Assembly (NCBI RefSeq): GCF_009914755.1
Contig: NC_060936.1
DNA length: 64,000 bases
DNA from: the human T2T-CHM13v2.0 reference genome, Homo sapiens
Strand: one strand, 5' to 3'
The number at the start of each line of letters is the position of its first letter. Within the stretch, counting starts at the first letter, position 1. The notes beneath the pieces were generated by a model. It had not been told where the DNA came from, searched no databases, and saw only the letters and a list, made by a program, of their open reading frames with translations. Shown here one piece after another: positions 27,685 through 40,575 of this stretch. Made by a program: the position numbers and the translations under genes.

Positions 27685-28210
27685 ATTAATTCATTCAACA
27701 GATATATAATTGAAACATAGTATACAGAAGACATTGTGCTAGATTCTGGCGATAAAATGGTGAATAAAACCAAGACTGCCCCTCCCTTCAAGAATTTTAT
27801 GATTTAGTCATGGAAAAAATACATTAATCAAATATTGACACGAAAAAATTATCACAAACTGCGATAATTCGTGATAGTATAGTTGCAATGAGTCTATGTT
27901 CAATGATTCTTGATTTTTTCTGTGTGTTAGAAAGCTTACCTGAGGAGCTGGGATTTAAAGAATGAGCAGAAGATACTTGAGTAAAGAAGATGAAGAGATT
28001 TCCAGGCAATGAAAGACACTTACCAAGGCCAGGGAGGCTGGAACACAGAAAGTGACAGGGAACGTGGCAAAAGACTATGCTAAAGCAGTTGGCAGGAGCT
28101 AGCACTCTGAAAACAACATTAAGAACTCTCTTTGGTCTTTATCCTAAGAGCAACGGAAGGTATTAAAGGATTTTAAGGTTTTGAGCAAAGGAGTGACACA
28201 ATCAATGGAT
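27685..28210 (-). mobile_element. L2 3' fragment
   Basis: attcattcaacagatat...gagcaacggaaggtattaaaggattttaag...gagcaaaggagtgacac. Confidence 0.7.
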
Positions 28211-28257
28211 AGCTGCTAGTAGGACTTTGCAAGATAGTTCTACTTTAGCCACTAAGG

Positions 28258-28440
28258 CAGGGATAGCAAAAATTCAGCACCCAAGTCAGTGACTCTTTGT
28301 GCCTTGTCTGCGGCAGACATCACTAATCAATCATGGTCATTTTTTTTTTTCCCTGACTGAACCAGACTTGACAGTCTCAGAACTTTTCTGACAGCCAATA
28401 CCTATCTGATCTGGCACTTAAGACAAACTCTGTATCACCA
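28258..28440. mobile_element. Old hAT-Charlie MITE fragment
   Basis: cagggatagcaaa terminus and ggcagacatcactaatcaatca. Confidence 0.6.
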
Positions 28441-28488
28441 CTTTTTTTTTTTTTTTACTTTTCTCAATAAATTACATTGCTTGAAATG

Positions 28489-28658
28489 CAGTTGCCAGGT
28501 AGAATTCAGGACACCCAATTAAATTTTAATTCAAATGAACAAGTATTTTTTTTTAGTATAAGCATATCTCATGTAATATTTGAAACATAAATTAAAAATT
28601 ATTTGTTGTCTAGGTAAATTCATATTTAACTGGTTATTTTCCAGACCTGGCAACACTA
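28489..28658. mobile_element. MER53 hAT MITE (palindromic)
   Basis: gttgccaggtagaattcaggacacccaattaaattt...aaattcatatttaactgg...ctggcaac inverted arms. Confidence 0.8.
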
Positions 28659-28659
28659 G

Positions 28660-29230
28660 TTTGGGGAAATTTATTGAACTATCAAAAGTCAAAAAAGCCC
28701 ACAGCACAGCATCATGATAAAGACGTGTCAGTGTATAAGAAGAACCAAACAACTCACAACAAACAACCTTGATAAAGGTAAAAATAAACTAATAGTAATT
28801 TTAAATTCAGAAGGAATAATAGTAGCTATTCAAATCATGACCAACTCGAGAAAATTTCTGATACGATGAAAATAAATTACCCCTCCAGAATTTTGTGGGA
28901 TGTCCGGTAATCTGCAAGCGCTCATATGCAATAGAAGTTTTTCATCCCTGCCAAGCACCGTGAGGTAGACTTTGTAGAAGAATATTGTATTATATTTCTC
29001 AATAAATTCTAGGAGCTTCTTAGTTTTAGTTCGTGAACGCCAAATTTTAGTAACCATTAACAATTGGTTTAGGAATTTACTAGAAAATAAACGTTGGCTG
29101 TTTGTATAACCTAAAGCCTACGGATTTATGGATAATTCACCCAAAAGAACCAAAGCAGGGAGTTGCAATTATAGATCAGTCTGAGGGTCATTAAGTGGCC
29201 CCATGTAGCCCACACTTTGAAAATTACTCA
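28660..29230. mobile_element. Probable hAT-Charlie element fragment
   Basis: Ends in ccacactttgaaaattact, resembling a Charlie TIR; family not certain. Confidence 0.4.
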
Positions 29231-32200
29231 TCCTGGCAGAGATAGTATCTTTTTCCGGCATTTGAATGCTGAACTAGGTGGTAGATATTACAATGTTTTG
29301 ACGTATAAATTTATGTAAACCTTATGTAACAGAAACAATCATTTAAGCCTTCTAATTTTGTCACCAGGCCTTGGGAAAAATATGGGTTGGTAAAATATTA
29401 CAAGGCACTTGAACCTATTGGGTCCGAAATATAAAGGCACATTATCTGTTGTATCTCTAATTAATTCTAATATCTCAGTGCCTCGAAGCTGGCTAGAATC
29501 AGCATTACCTTTCTTCTGAAAGAATTTATATTACAAGCTTAACTACCATCTTTCTTCATGGGATTTGTCCTGGGTTGACCATATTCATATTATATTCAAG
29601 ATGGATGTTCTTCTAGCTCCTTTGTGGGCTCGCCCAGATCCTTTTCAATAAGGGTCCTGTAATTAAGGCTGGGAGGTGTGGTTGTTGACTGAGCACTCTG
29701 CAGATTGCTCATTAACATGCCATCTGAACAATTTAATCACCTTTTTAATTAATCTAAAATTGGCATGTCCCTTTTCAGGCTACAGTGCAGCTTTTGCAAA
29801 TGTTGGTCTCTTGGTAGTTCTCAATTTAGCTTATTATTTGAAACCTAAATCTGCCCAGGCTAATAAGCATGACCAATTCCTCTTACCAAAACCATGTAGG
29901 AATCTCCATCTGCACTTCACTAAAGGATGAGAGGAACAGATGTCTTTGGGTGGTATTCTTGTTCTTGGCTTTTAAAAGAAGTTCCTCTCAGTCTAGAAAT
30001 GAAAGAAAATAATTTACAGAGTGACTGAAAGCTTACTTTTTGCTTTCACCTTCTTTTTAAAAAATTATTATTATTTACTTTCAAGTTTGATGCTTTAGAA
30101 TCTTTATTCTCAATTTGTTGTTCACACTTTGGTGCTAGACATAATTTGAAAAAATTTAATAGTTTTTAATAATTTGATATCGTGTACCTTAGTATTCCTA
30201 AAGAAAATGGTATCCTCACGGATTTAAAATCTATTATATTTTGGGCAAGGTTGAGCTTGTACTTATTTATTTACTTATTTAACTTGTAAAGATAGGACTA
30301 AGGAACATTTACTCTTTAAAGCTTGAAAAAGATGTGTGCGTGTATGTGTACACGTGTGTGTACGTGAGTGTGTGCGTGTGTGTATATTTCACCTGGCCAC
30401 AGTCTTCAACACTTGAACAACTTTCCCCAGTACACACAGATTGCCCCTAGTTGTTTCTAGAGACCCAAAAAGGAATGCTTCCCATAGGTCTCCTCTCTGG
30501 CCTGTCAGTTGCATTCATTATGCTCTATGCACTTTCTTTTTTTCCACTTTCAGACTTACTTGCTTCTGCCTGAGACAAAAGCTCCCAGCTGCCATTGCTG
30601 AGAATCCTAACCATTCATTCTTACAACAAACATTAGTTGAGTACTGATATATGCAGGCACTATGCTAGGAATTCATGAAAATCCAGTGTCTTTGCCTAGC
30701 CTGTTATCTCCATACATTTGCCAAAAGGCTTTTCTTGGGGTAGGGTAGTGGAGCTTCAGTCCATACAGGGAGGTAGAATGCCCTCTTTCCAATCTGATGG
30801 TCCCCATTGATACCAGAACTTTAAAGCAGGTTGGCACTTGCTGTCACACTCATAAAAATCTCTTAAAAATAGCCCCCACTCCTTGCAAAACAAAGGAAGT
30901 TTTGAAATACATGTTTTCCAAGTTATACTCCCTCCATCCAGGGCTCTGAGATTTTAGCATGAGAGTTGCCTCCCTTTAAGCTTTGGGCATCCTCCTGGGC
31001 AGCCACCTACGTGAGAAGAAAACTTATCTCAAGAGCATTGCCTGGAAATGGAAGCTTAACCCTGTGATATGGAAGTGGGAGGTCCCATATCAATTAACTT
31101 GAATATAAAATATTTTGCATGTGGAAGTGCCAAGTTCTATCAGAGTTTGCCCTGGCCTAGTCACGCACTGTTACATTTCACTTAACAGGATCAGCAATTG
31201 AGAAGGTAGCTGTGATGATTTGCTTGGAACCTTCCACCATCTCCCACAGACCTTGAAAAGCAAGTCAGGCGATACCCCAGTGGTATACCCCAATGCAGCA
31301 CTGGGACCTCCATGTGCTGAAAGAGTGAAATAGCCAACCCAATCCTGGCCCTCTGGTGTTGGCCATTTCACTCTTTCGGCACATGGAGGTCCCAGCCACC
31401 ATAATGCCCTGGGTTCCTGCTCCCAAGTACAAATGTGGATGCACTTCACAGAAGGTGAATGAAGACCAAGCCCAGCTATTGGTGGACTGGGTGGTGGAGC
31501 TTACTGCTACTTAGAAACGGGAGGTTGGAGCCTGATTCCACTTGAACCCTACTGAAGCTTGGATTATCTGTTTTATATTATGTGAGATTATTTTCTTGGT
31601 GCTTGAAAACCCTGAAGAAGAAACTGCCACTCTTACAAATATATCAAATGGACTCACAGGCCAACAGATTGCCTGTGTTTCACATCAGCTCCAAGTGAAG
31701 AACCACATTTCTTTTAGCCACACTCCACATGCTCATTGCCACTTCCATGCATGTCTCATTAATATGAATGACGGGCTCCATCCCACCATCAGGCTTCTTG
31801 TAAAACGTTGCTGTGAAGTGGTTCTCCTTTCCAGTGAATTCCTCTATTCTGTCTGTCAATGGAGAATGAGCCATGTAACTGACAGCAGAAAGTGCTAAAG
31901 GGTGTGTTCTGTAAAAAAGATAAATAGAAGAGATCCTTTTGGCATATCTTTTTAATTGGAAGGAAAGGTAGGCTTTTGAGTGACCATATTTGCTAGGTAT
32001 TTCTAAATATAGCAGCTTTAAAAAGCCAGAGAGGCAACAGGTATATGGAAAAACATATGGGTGTTGAATCTTCAGTACCTAAGATGTGTCCTTGGATGAA
32101 ATATTTAACCTCTCTAATTCACAGCAGCTCCATCTATAACAATAAGAGCATTGGTATGTTGAAGAATTAATTATGATAAAGTGCATAATTCATAAGAAAT

Positions 32201-32272
32201 ATAGTTCTCTTCTTCCTTCATCCTTTAAAGGCTAGAAAGAGAAGGAAAGAAAACCCACTACAAAGGGCTTAC

Positions 32273-32285
32273 CATTGATCTCCAT
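32273..32285 (-). CDS. Candidate initial coding portion of a first exon (M-E-I-N plus 1 nt, phase-1 intron)
   Basis: Minus strand reads ggagtcATGGAGATCAATG|GTAAGC: G at -3 and +4, and a consensus donor about 400 bp downstream of a GC/CpG-rich patch; gene identity not recognised. Confidence 0.5.
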
Positions 32286-32499
32286 GACTCCTGCACAAGA
32301 ATTTGTGCATAGAAATGATTTCTAAATTGTGCACGGTGAGAAGATCTGTGCTTTTTCTCCTTCAATCTCTTCCTCACTGCCCCCTCTCAGAAACTTATTG
32401 ATTAAAGTCTACTTCTTGGCATGGAGGAGGAGACAGGAGGGGCCACACTTGGCAGAATGTCAAGCTGACTTCTGTGCCCCTGTTTTTGTCAGCAGAAGC

Positions 32500-32830
32500 T
32501 CCGCTTGGGCAAGCTCCACTCTGCGGAGTGTTTTTCTGTCATTTTTAAAAGGAGAACAGCAAAGATGCAAATTGCCGAGCCCGCTCCAGGAGACGGGCAC
32601 ACAAAGAGGCAATTCAGGCAGACAAGCGTGCAGGGAGGGCGGGTGGCAGAGGAGCGGGGAGCATGCGGAGGCGGCATGACTCTGGACACTGGCCTGCAGG
32701 GAGGGGGGCAGAGGCAGGGCGCATTCTTCAGGTCCTTTCTTCCACTCTTTGTTAGCAGATTTATTGGACTTGTTAAGAACTAAGGAAACCCTGTGAGGCT
32801 CGGTGGCCTCTGAGCCTGGGAGGTCGTTCG
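32500..32830 (-). promoter_or_regulatory. Small GC/CpG-rich candidate promoter and 5' UTR start
   Basis: About 14 CpGs outside any repeat, GC box gggcgg at about 32637-32642, octamer ATGCAAAT at 32565-32572, adjacent to a donor-terminated exon candidate. Confidence 0.6.
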
Positions 32831-32984
32831 CAATTCCAGACTCCAGGCATCTTGGGGCTCTTCCCCTCCTAGGATCCCCTGAGAACACTGGAGATGGGCT
32901 CCATAGAAATGCAGAGACAAATAACATCTTTGCATAAGGTGGTAGGAATATGACACTGTACATCACACAGGCAGGTGAAAGTCA

Positions 32985-33000
32985 CAGCCTCCTGGTGGCC
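32985..33000 (-). promoter_or_regulatory. Candidate CTCF motif
   Basis: Minus strand GGCCACCAGGAGGCTG versus core CCASYAGRKGGCR. Confidence 0.4.
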
Positions 33001-33249
33001 GAGACAGCCACTCCCCAACCCTGCCATTCCCTCGTCTGTCCCTCCCCACTCCCACCCCAGACTTCTTTTTCAGCTGTTGGTCTCCTCCTGAACGTGGACT
33101 GTGCCTCCTGAAAGAAATTCCCACCCAAGCTGCTCGGAGTAAAAACACAATTCTTGTCCTGGCCTGTTTTTCCCCTTCAACTGACCTCAAGTGCATGTCC
33201 TCTGGCGGGTGGGTTTTGATTCTGGCAGAGGCAGGGCACTGTGGTGGCT

Positions 33250-33385
33250 GGAGACCTGGGTCCCAGTCCCAGCCCTAATTGGCATTGTCACTCTGGGATC
33301 TCCCTCTCTGGGCCTCAGTTGCCTCTTCTGTAAAATGAGGGGGTTGGGCGAGGGGGGTCTTCAGAGCCCCGTCCTGCTCTTACAG
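33250..33385 (+). mobile_element. MIR SINE
   Basis: ggagacctgggtcccagtcccagc...gggcctcagttgcctcttctgtaaaatgaggggg. Confidence 0.8.
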
Positions 33386-34529
33386 TCTCAAACTCAGTGG
33401 CTCTAATTGCCTCATTAGAACACCAGGGAATGCCTTTCTAGTAATTGTCTTCCTGGCTCCTGTCTGACCCACTCCCTACTGGGCGCTGCCTCCAAGGAAA
33501 CAAAAGCAGCTGCTGTCTCCTCTGGGCTTTCCTCGGCATCCGCGAGCCCTTCTTGACAGCATATGTGCACAGGCATTCTCTGTCTGTCTTCCCTACTTGG
33601 TCTGAGGCCTATTTCTGAGGGCCAGGGAGGGCAGGTGGTGCCTCTTTTAAGCCCGACTCCTTTCTTTTCTGATTCTTTTGCTAGCGTAGCTGGCCTGTAT
33701 CCCAGGTGAGATTAAAGTTTCATTTGTGACTCGCCACCCGACTCCTGGATTTGGTGAGAGTGCTTTACAAGCAACCATGTGTGTTGTGGCTGATCAAAGC
33801 GCTCAGAATCCAGGGGAAGGCTGAGATGGCTCCGGAGCAAATGGCAGTGAGTGGATGGAGAAGGTTAATCTCACATAACTGTCTCTGAAGAAATACACAT
33901 TCAGGGATTCAACAGCTGCCCTTTAGAGATGGCCTCTTTGCTATGAGCCAGGAGATTCCATTTCCTGCATATTAAGAAGCAGGCACAAATAGAGTTGATA
34001 ATGCAGTTTAAAAATTAGCTAAATGAGCTGTCTCTTATGAAACTCTTAATATGTTTAGGAGTGTGCTGTTCTTCTCAGGAGTCAGGAAACAATTTCTCTG
34101 CAGTCATCCAGGCATGCGCAATGCTGGCCAGACAAGAGATCAGACATGTGGAAGGGGCCTGGTAGAAAACTCAGGTCTAGTTAGAAACCAAAGAAATAAA
34201 GTCTGGAGGAATCCAGAATATCAGAGGTCTAAACACAGAGACACTGAGTCTAGGGAGACAGCCACAGAGGGAAGGGTCAAGCACAATTGGGGAGGTCTTG
34301 GCAGGTGGCAAATAGTGACCAGCAAGGCAGAGACTGTGGCCCCAGCAGACAGGAGACACTATAGTGATCTCTGATCCTGGAGAAGAGCAACTGCTGTCTA
34401 CCCTTCTCAACTTCCCTGTGGCAGGTGGGTGGTCATGGTTGGTGGGTTTGTATTGAAAGCCAGAGCTTTGTGGGTAATAGCTGCTCCTGATTTATTCAAT
34501 AGACTTTGTTCAGCCCTGTCATGTGAGGT

Positions 34530-34715
34530 TGAAGAGCATGGGTTCTGGCATTAGATGGAAGGGTTCAAATCCCACATCTGCCAGTTTACTAGCTGTTACC
34601 CTGTTCCTCAGTTTCCTCATCTGGGAATAATAATAGCAACTGCCTCCAATGGTGATTGAGAGGGTTAAAAGTGCCTGGAGTATTCCTAATAGATGGGAAG
34701 ATTCAATAATTGTCA
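34530..34715 (+). mobile_element. MIR SINE
   Basis: gggttcaaatcccacatctgcc...cctcagtttcctcatctgg. Confidence 0.85.
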
Positions 34716-34779
34716 AATACCATTAATTTATTTGACATTTATTTATTGAGATATGGAATAAGAGCCAGAGGACAGAAAG

Positions 34780-34915
34780 ATTCTTAACATACTTTAGCAG
34801 GCCTGAGAATCACCTGGAGGACTTGTTCAAATATGGATTGCTGGGGCCCAGCCCCAGAGTTTCTTATATACTGGATGTGGGATGAGGTCTGTGGAACATA
34901 CTTTGAGGACCACTG
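34780..34915. mobile_element. MER5A MITE
   Basis: gaatcacctggaggacttgttcaa...gattgctggggccccagccccagagttt. Confidence 0.8.
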
Positions 34916-34957
34916 CTGTATATCCTGTACGCAAGACCTGTGCACAAAAGAGGCCAT

Positions 34958-35165
34958 TATTTATTTAACAAACACCTAAGTAGCACGTACCATGTGCCAG
35001 ACTTTGTACATCTACACAATATATAGTGACAGGAATATTGACTCATTTACTTCTTAGAGCAACCCTCTGAGGCAGTTCCTATTATGCCCACTTGATAGAA
35101 GAGAAAACTGAGGCACAGAGAGATAAACAACTTGCCCAAACACTCTCAGGTGGTAAGTGACTGTG
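34958..35165 (-). mobile_element. MIR SINE
   Basis: gagaaaactgaggcacagagagataaacaacttgcccaa. Confidence 0.85.
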
Positions 35166-35815
35166 TTATAAAAAAAAACTAAGTAAGTGCCACAAGAGAT
35201 GTAAAGATGCAAACCCTTCGATGGGAAGCACAGAGATTTCAGGGTTTCCAGGCAGTGTCAGTCTCCCGGGGTTTGGATTTGAACAGCTAACCTCTGCACA
35301 CTGGCTTAGGCCCTAGTCAGAACACCCTGTTGTAGGTTCAGTGAAGGGAGCAGAGACTCTGGAGCCTAAACAGATTAGAGTACCAGTGCTGCCCTGTGTG
35401 AGCTGTGTGCCTTAAGCAGGAGGATTCAGCTTTCTGTGCCACATCCTTCAACTAAAAGAAGAAGAAAAAAGATGAAAATAATAACTTTTCACTAAGGGGT
35501 TTTGCCAGGAACAAAGTGAGGAAGCTCAGATTAAGTCCTTGAAAGAGAATAGATGCTTATGGAAGGAAGATTAGTCTTTTTCATGTTTTTCTCAACTCAC
35601 TGGCCCCTCATCTTCTGTGCCATCAATGAAGGCTTTTGGTTGATGGTGATAAGTATTAATTTCACCCAGATTATCTTCTCCTCCACCTGATTTCAGTGTC
35701 TCTCTATCAATTTAAAGCATCTTAGGATGTTAGAATTCAAAAATACCTTAGATCATTTATTCCTGTGTATCCAGGTCACCTGGGATAAAAAAAAATTACT
35801 ATTTTTTTGGCATCC

Positions 35816-36252
35816 TGTGATAGATTGGATTATTCTTCAAAAATATTCACTCCTTTCTGCTAACTTCCTTGGGAAGAACACACTTCCTCCCTCTAATATT
35901 AGCCTAGGCATTGTTTTGGCCAACTGGATGTTAACAGACATAATGTAGTAGAGGCATACAATGAGCTCGTGAATTAAAGCTGGCTCTTTTGCACCTCCGC
36001 TGTTGCCATGAGAAGATGTGCCCAATCTAGCATGTTGGTCCCTGCAGTAGGATAAGATACATATGTATTCAAGCTGAGCTACTCCTGCAGAATCCAGCTC
36101 TCATCAGACAACTTCCAGCTGACCCCTAGATGTGGTTGAGCCAACCAAGACCAGCAAAGCTATCTGGCCCAGGCAAGGTGAGTGGATGTCTGCAAGTCCA
36201 CAGACTTCTGACCTAAATACTTGTGGATGTATGTCACTGAGACATTGTGGCT
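35816..36252 (+). mobile_element. MLT1 (I/J-like) MaLR LTR
   Basis: tgtgatagattgg...ttggccaactggatgttaacagac...gccatgagaagatgtgccc. Confidence 0.7.
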
Positions 36253-38154
36253 TTCATTAAGGGCTTGATGTTGGCTCCATCCCTAGATATCCTGAGTAAC
36301 AGGTTGGAAGCCCAGAAATCTGTGTCTCTAAAAGTTCCCCCAGGTGCTTCTAATATTCAGCTAGATTTGGAAACCACTGATCTCATTGAATGCCCTCCTT
36401 TTTTAGAGGGAGAATCTTAGCTCCAGAGAATCAAACTGACTTGCCCAAAGTCTACAATACCTGGCAGGGTTAGTATTAGAATCCTTGATTTTTAGATTAG
36501 TTCTCTTTCTACTATATCACACTGTTCCCATTAACAAAAATTAACATGGAGGAAGAACTTTTTCATGTTCCCATAACTTAGATACTTTGAGTAGGAGCAT
36601 TTCAACCCCATACTGACACCAACCCTTTGAAACCCATTGATGAAAGGAAATGCGTGACAGAAAAAGTATATTGACTTTGGTTGTAATTGTATTTACTGTG
36701 CCAAACGATTCAGCTCAAGTGAAAATGCCATCACTAGATCATGTGCTTTAGAGGGAATTTAAAGTACAGTATTCTTTTTCAACTTGGGAAAGTTTATGCT
36801 ATTTCTGGGCAATTATTTCCTGCAGGAATGAAAGTATGTGTTACTCTTTCATCCTCTTCCTCTTGCCGCAGTTTCTCCTCATTAGTGGTCTCCTTCCTCT
36901 GGAGCTGCAGTAATACCCTCTAAGTACTGAATCTATTATAGCTGAAGTTCATTTTATAGACCTGACAGAAATACAGATCGGGAAGCTGAAATGTCTATCT
37001 CGATTCAGACTCAGATTCAGACTAGTATTTGTTGAGCACCTGCTATGTGCCTAGCTCTATGCAAACTGCTTTCACATACATTATTTTATTAAATGTCCAG
37101 GAATTGCAAGGAGTGGGTGGTTATATGCAGACTGTGCGGAAGGAAAAGACAAGAAAAGAGACACCAGTGGCTTGAGGCTGTTATTGCAGACTCCTCTTGT
37201 GACATTTCTCTATTTGCCAACACTCTCTTGTTTAATCTCCCCCATCTGTTAAGTAGTGAAAACTCAGCTCTTTCCCATATCAGCCCTCTAGCCTAAACAT
37301 CACCTTTTCCCACTCTGTTTGCTATCCCAGGGACTACTTAGGTAAATAAAGCCAGACAAGGTGTTAAATATTTCTTGGCTCAACCAGGCAGAAATAGGGA
37401 CTCTTTCGTAGTCTAAGGCTCTTACTGCTTCCTCTGTGGGTCATTACCCTGTCCTCCCAACTCTTCTTGCTACCTGTTTCTCCCCTGCATAATCTCTCTT
37501 ACCCAATTCAACTTTAAAAATGCCATACCCCCAGGACCGCAACTCTTGAGGGGAGTCATTCACTGTCCATCCTTTATTAAATTTCCAGACTCCCACCAAA
37601 CTCCCCCACTGTGCCCTGAACAATGCCTTCCGTCGCTTCTGTCTTATTTTTCTTTCCTGACTGGAACTGTAAACACACACACACACACACGTGTGTGCAC
37701 ACAGCCCCACACACCCACACATGCTATACTAATCTCTGCTTTCATGCCTTTCCTCATGCTTTCTTCCTTACCTCCACATTTAGATGGGTGTGAGCAATAG
37801 GGAATGGTGGGGAGCATGACAAACTGGAGATGGCACACGAGGTCTAAAGGGCATGGCCACCTCGAGGCCCTTGTGATTGGACACCGCCATGCCACAGTGT
37901 GGTCCAGTCCTGACATATCTTCTGCATTTTTAGATGCTAGAAATCTAGATTTTATATAAACTCTCCAGATTTTTAAGGATGTGGAAGAAAAAACAAAAGC
38001 CAATAAAAACTTTGTGCATCAAATAAGACAAATCCTGCTGTGTACCTTTTGCTATTCAAATCCCAAACTTAGAGCCCAGCTTAGGCCTTGTGTCTCCTGA
38101 AGCCTTCCTTAATTAACCTGACTGCTGTGCTCTTCCCTAATTCCTCCAAAAAGA

Positions 38155-38660
38155 GATAGCTGGATGGTTATAAGCACAAGGTCTAGAAGCAGAGCACCTG
38201 GAAGCAAAACCACCTACTTGCTGTGTGGCCTTAGGCAAGATAATTAATCTCTCTGAGCTCAATATCCTTATCTCCAAAAGAGTGAATAGCTATAATATCT
38301 GTTTCACAGACATGTATTAAAGATTAAAAGGGATTAGGGATATAAAATACTCAGCATGATGTCTGACACATAGTAAGCTCCCCAGTGAAAGTTAGCTATA
38401 TTTATTTATGTTCTGTAACCATAGGCATCATCACAAAATGGTTAAAAGAGAGGGTTCTAGAGTCTGTATTCCAAGGTTAAAAACCTAGCTTCACCATTTT
38501 ACAGCTTTTGATTTAGGGCAAGTTATTAACCTGTCTGTGCCTTAGTTATATCATCTGTAAAATGTGGACAGTAAGACCTACTGAGTTATTATGAGGACTA
38601 AGTAAATATCTGTAAGTCCTAGAATAGTGTCTGGCACATATTACCTTGTAAGTACTAAAG
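38155..38660 (+). mobile_element. Two tandem MIR SINEs
   Basis: Two MIR cores (ctgtgtggccttaggcaag...; agggcaagttattaacctgtctgtgcc...gtgtctggcacata). Confidence 0.8.
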
Positions 38661-38671
38661 TAAACAAAATG

Positions 38672-38712
38672 TATTTGGTTGGTGCAAAAGTTATTGCAGT
38701 TTTTGCCTTAAA
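38672..38712. mobile_element. MADE1 mariner MITE fragment
   Basis: ttggttggtgcaaaagttattgcagtttttgcc matches a MADE1/Hsmar TIR. Confidence 0.75.
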
Positions 38713-38774
38713 AATGCTAATTATGACATCATACATTGCTCTGAAATTGCTTCCTGTGTATCAGTTTTGTGTAT

Positions 38775-38989
38775 ACCGGTGGCCCATACACTAAAACTTT
38801 CAGAGCAAATTTGGCCCTTTGCTTGTTTTCATAAATAAAGTTTTATTGAGACACAGATACACCTATTTATTTAGGTATTGTCTATAGCTGCTTTTGCGCT
38901 TCAGTGGTAGAGCAGTGTGACAAAGACTGGCCTGCAAAGCCTAAAAATTTCCTATATGGCCCATAACCGAAAAGGTTTGCTGACCCCTG
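38775..38989. mobile_element. MER58A MITE
   Basis: taaataaagttttattgagacacag...ggcctgcaaagcctaaaa...gtttgctgacccctg. Confidence 0.85.
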
Positions 38990-39189
38990 GTCCATATTAC
39001 TAGAGTGTGGCTTTTCAGAGGTAGAGATGTGAAATAGTCTGTTTATATTCCTCAAGGTACCTACGAGATGGATGAATAAAAATGAAAATTATAAAATCTT
39101 GTAGTTGGTAATAACCTTGAAGTCATTTGGTCAACATTTCTGCCCAAAGCAAGAATATGTTCAGCAGTATCTCTCACAGGTTAATAGGT

Positions 39190-39563
39190 GTATAGGTTTG
39201 CTATTGTCAAACTGGCCAAAACTCAGTGGTTTAAACAATATTCTCATGTGTGAGTTTGGAGGTTGGCTAGGTGGCTCTGGTTCACGCATCTCTTATGCTC
39301 TTATTGGGACCTGTGGGCTAATCAAGGCTTTTTCTTCCCATGGAGATGACAGAAATACAAGAGGGCACATCCAGCCATGCAAGCACAATTCAAGCCCAAG
39401 CAGAAGTTGCATTATATCTACCAGATTCCAACTGGCCAAAGAAAGTCACATAATTAGGCCCAACTTCAAGAAGCAGGGAAGTAACTATTCACTATGAGGT
39501 CATGGCTGAAAGGCAAATGCAGTGTCGGGAAAAGAACTGGGGTCAATTATGCATTCTGCCATG
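39190..39563 (-). mobile_element. Old MLT1 MaLR LTR
   Basis: aaactcagtggtttaaacaat...ggccaaagaaagtcacat...aagaactggggtcaat. Confidence 0.65.
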
Positions 39564-39754
39564 TTAGATCATGGCAGAATGACCTAGTCAATTAGTTCAA
39601 TCATGGAGGACACCATCTTGGCTTTATTTCTAGCATTTTAGCTGCATCCATGTTTCTTGTAGAGCATAGCAGCATGTTTTCTTGGAGTGTCAGGGACACA
39701 TCTTAGCTCAAATACTTTTTCTCATCATTTGCTGTACCTGACAGCAACATGTGA

Positions 39755-39985
39755 TAGCTACCATTCATGGAACACCTACTAATTTTCAGGTACTGTACTT
39801 GGTGTTTTATATAATATATTGCTTTTAAAGCTTGCAATAAGCCTTCAAGGTAGGTATTATTAATCCTACTTCTACCTGAGAAAAGTGAAAATCAGAGAGG
39901 CAAAGTTACTTACCCAAAGTTACACCACTTAAAAGTGACAGAGTCTGAATTCTAAGTCTGTTCAACTCCAAAGCCATCATACCAT
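39755..39985 (-). mobile_element. MIR SINE
   Basis: aggtaggtattattaatcc...acttacccaaagttacac. Confidence 0.8.
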
Positions 39986-40235
39986 GTTGTCAATGTCACA
40001 GATTGGTGAGGATTTTATAAAGGGAAGGATGGCTGTGTGTGGAATATGGAAAGACAAGCTACAATTTATCAAGGGAAGAGCACTCCAACATCACGTGTTC
40101 CCCTCTGTAGTCTCAGAGCTTGAATACCCTACCCTGTGCCCAGTAGATGCTTAATTAAAAGTTCAGACCTCTGAAGGATTACTTCTGTTTTGGAAAATGC
40201 CATGCCTCTTGAGTCATTTTCATTCAGCTCAAGTT

Positions 40236-40239
<4 letters not shown>

Positions 40240-40268
<29 letters not shown>

Positions 40269-40548
40269 GAGACAGTCTCACTGTGTCACCCAGGCTGGGG
40301 TGCAGTGGTGTGATCTCAGCTCACAGCAACCTCCACCTCCTTGGTTCAAGCGATTCTCCTGCCTTAGCCTCCTGAATAGCTGGGATTACACGTATGCACT
40401 GCCACACCCGGTTAATTTTTGTATTTTTAGTAGAGATGGTGTTTCACCATGTTGGCCAGGCTGGTCTCGAACTCCTGGCCTCAAGCGATCTGCCCTCCTC
40501 AGCCTCCCAAAATGCTGGGATTACAGGCGTGAGCCACCGTGCCCGGCC
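40240..40548 (-). mobile_element. AluS (Sx/Sz-like) SINE
   Basis: poly(T) followed by a full antisense Alu ending gcccggcc. Confidence 0.97.
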
Positions 40549-40575
40549 GAGTTGCAATTCTGTTCTTTCTAACCT

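Noticed and set aside
28489-28658. Long hairpin as a novel ncRNA
   Set aside because: Explained by the palindromic MER53 MITE.
32329-33406. Cluster of 66-168 aa ORFs as single-exon genes
   Set aside because: Overlapping frames on both strands are expected from locally high GC, and I recognise no domains.
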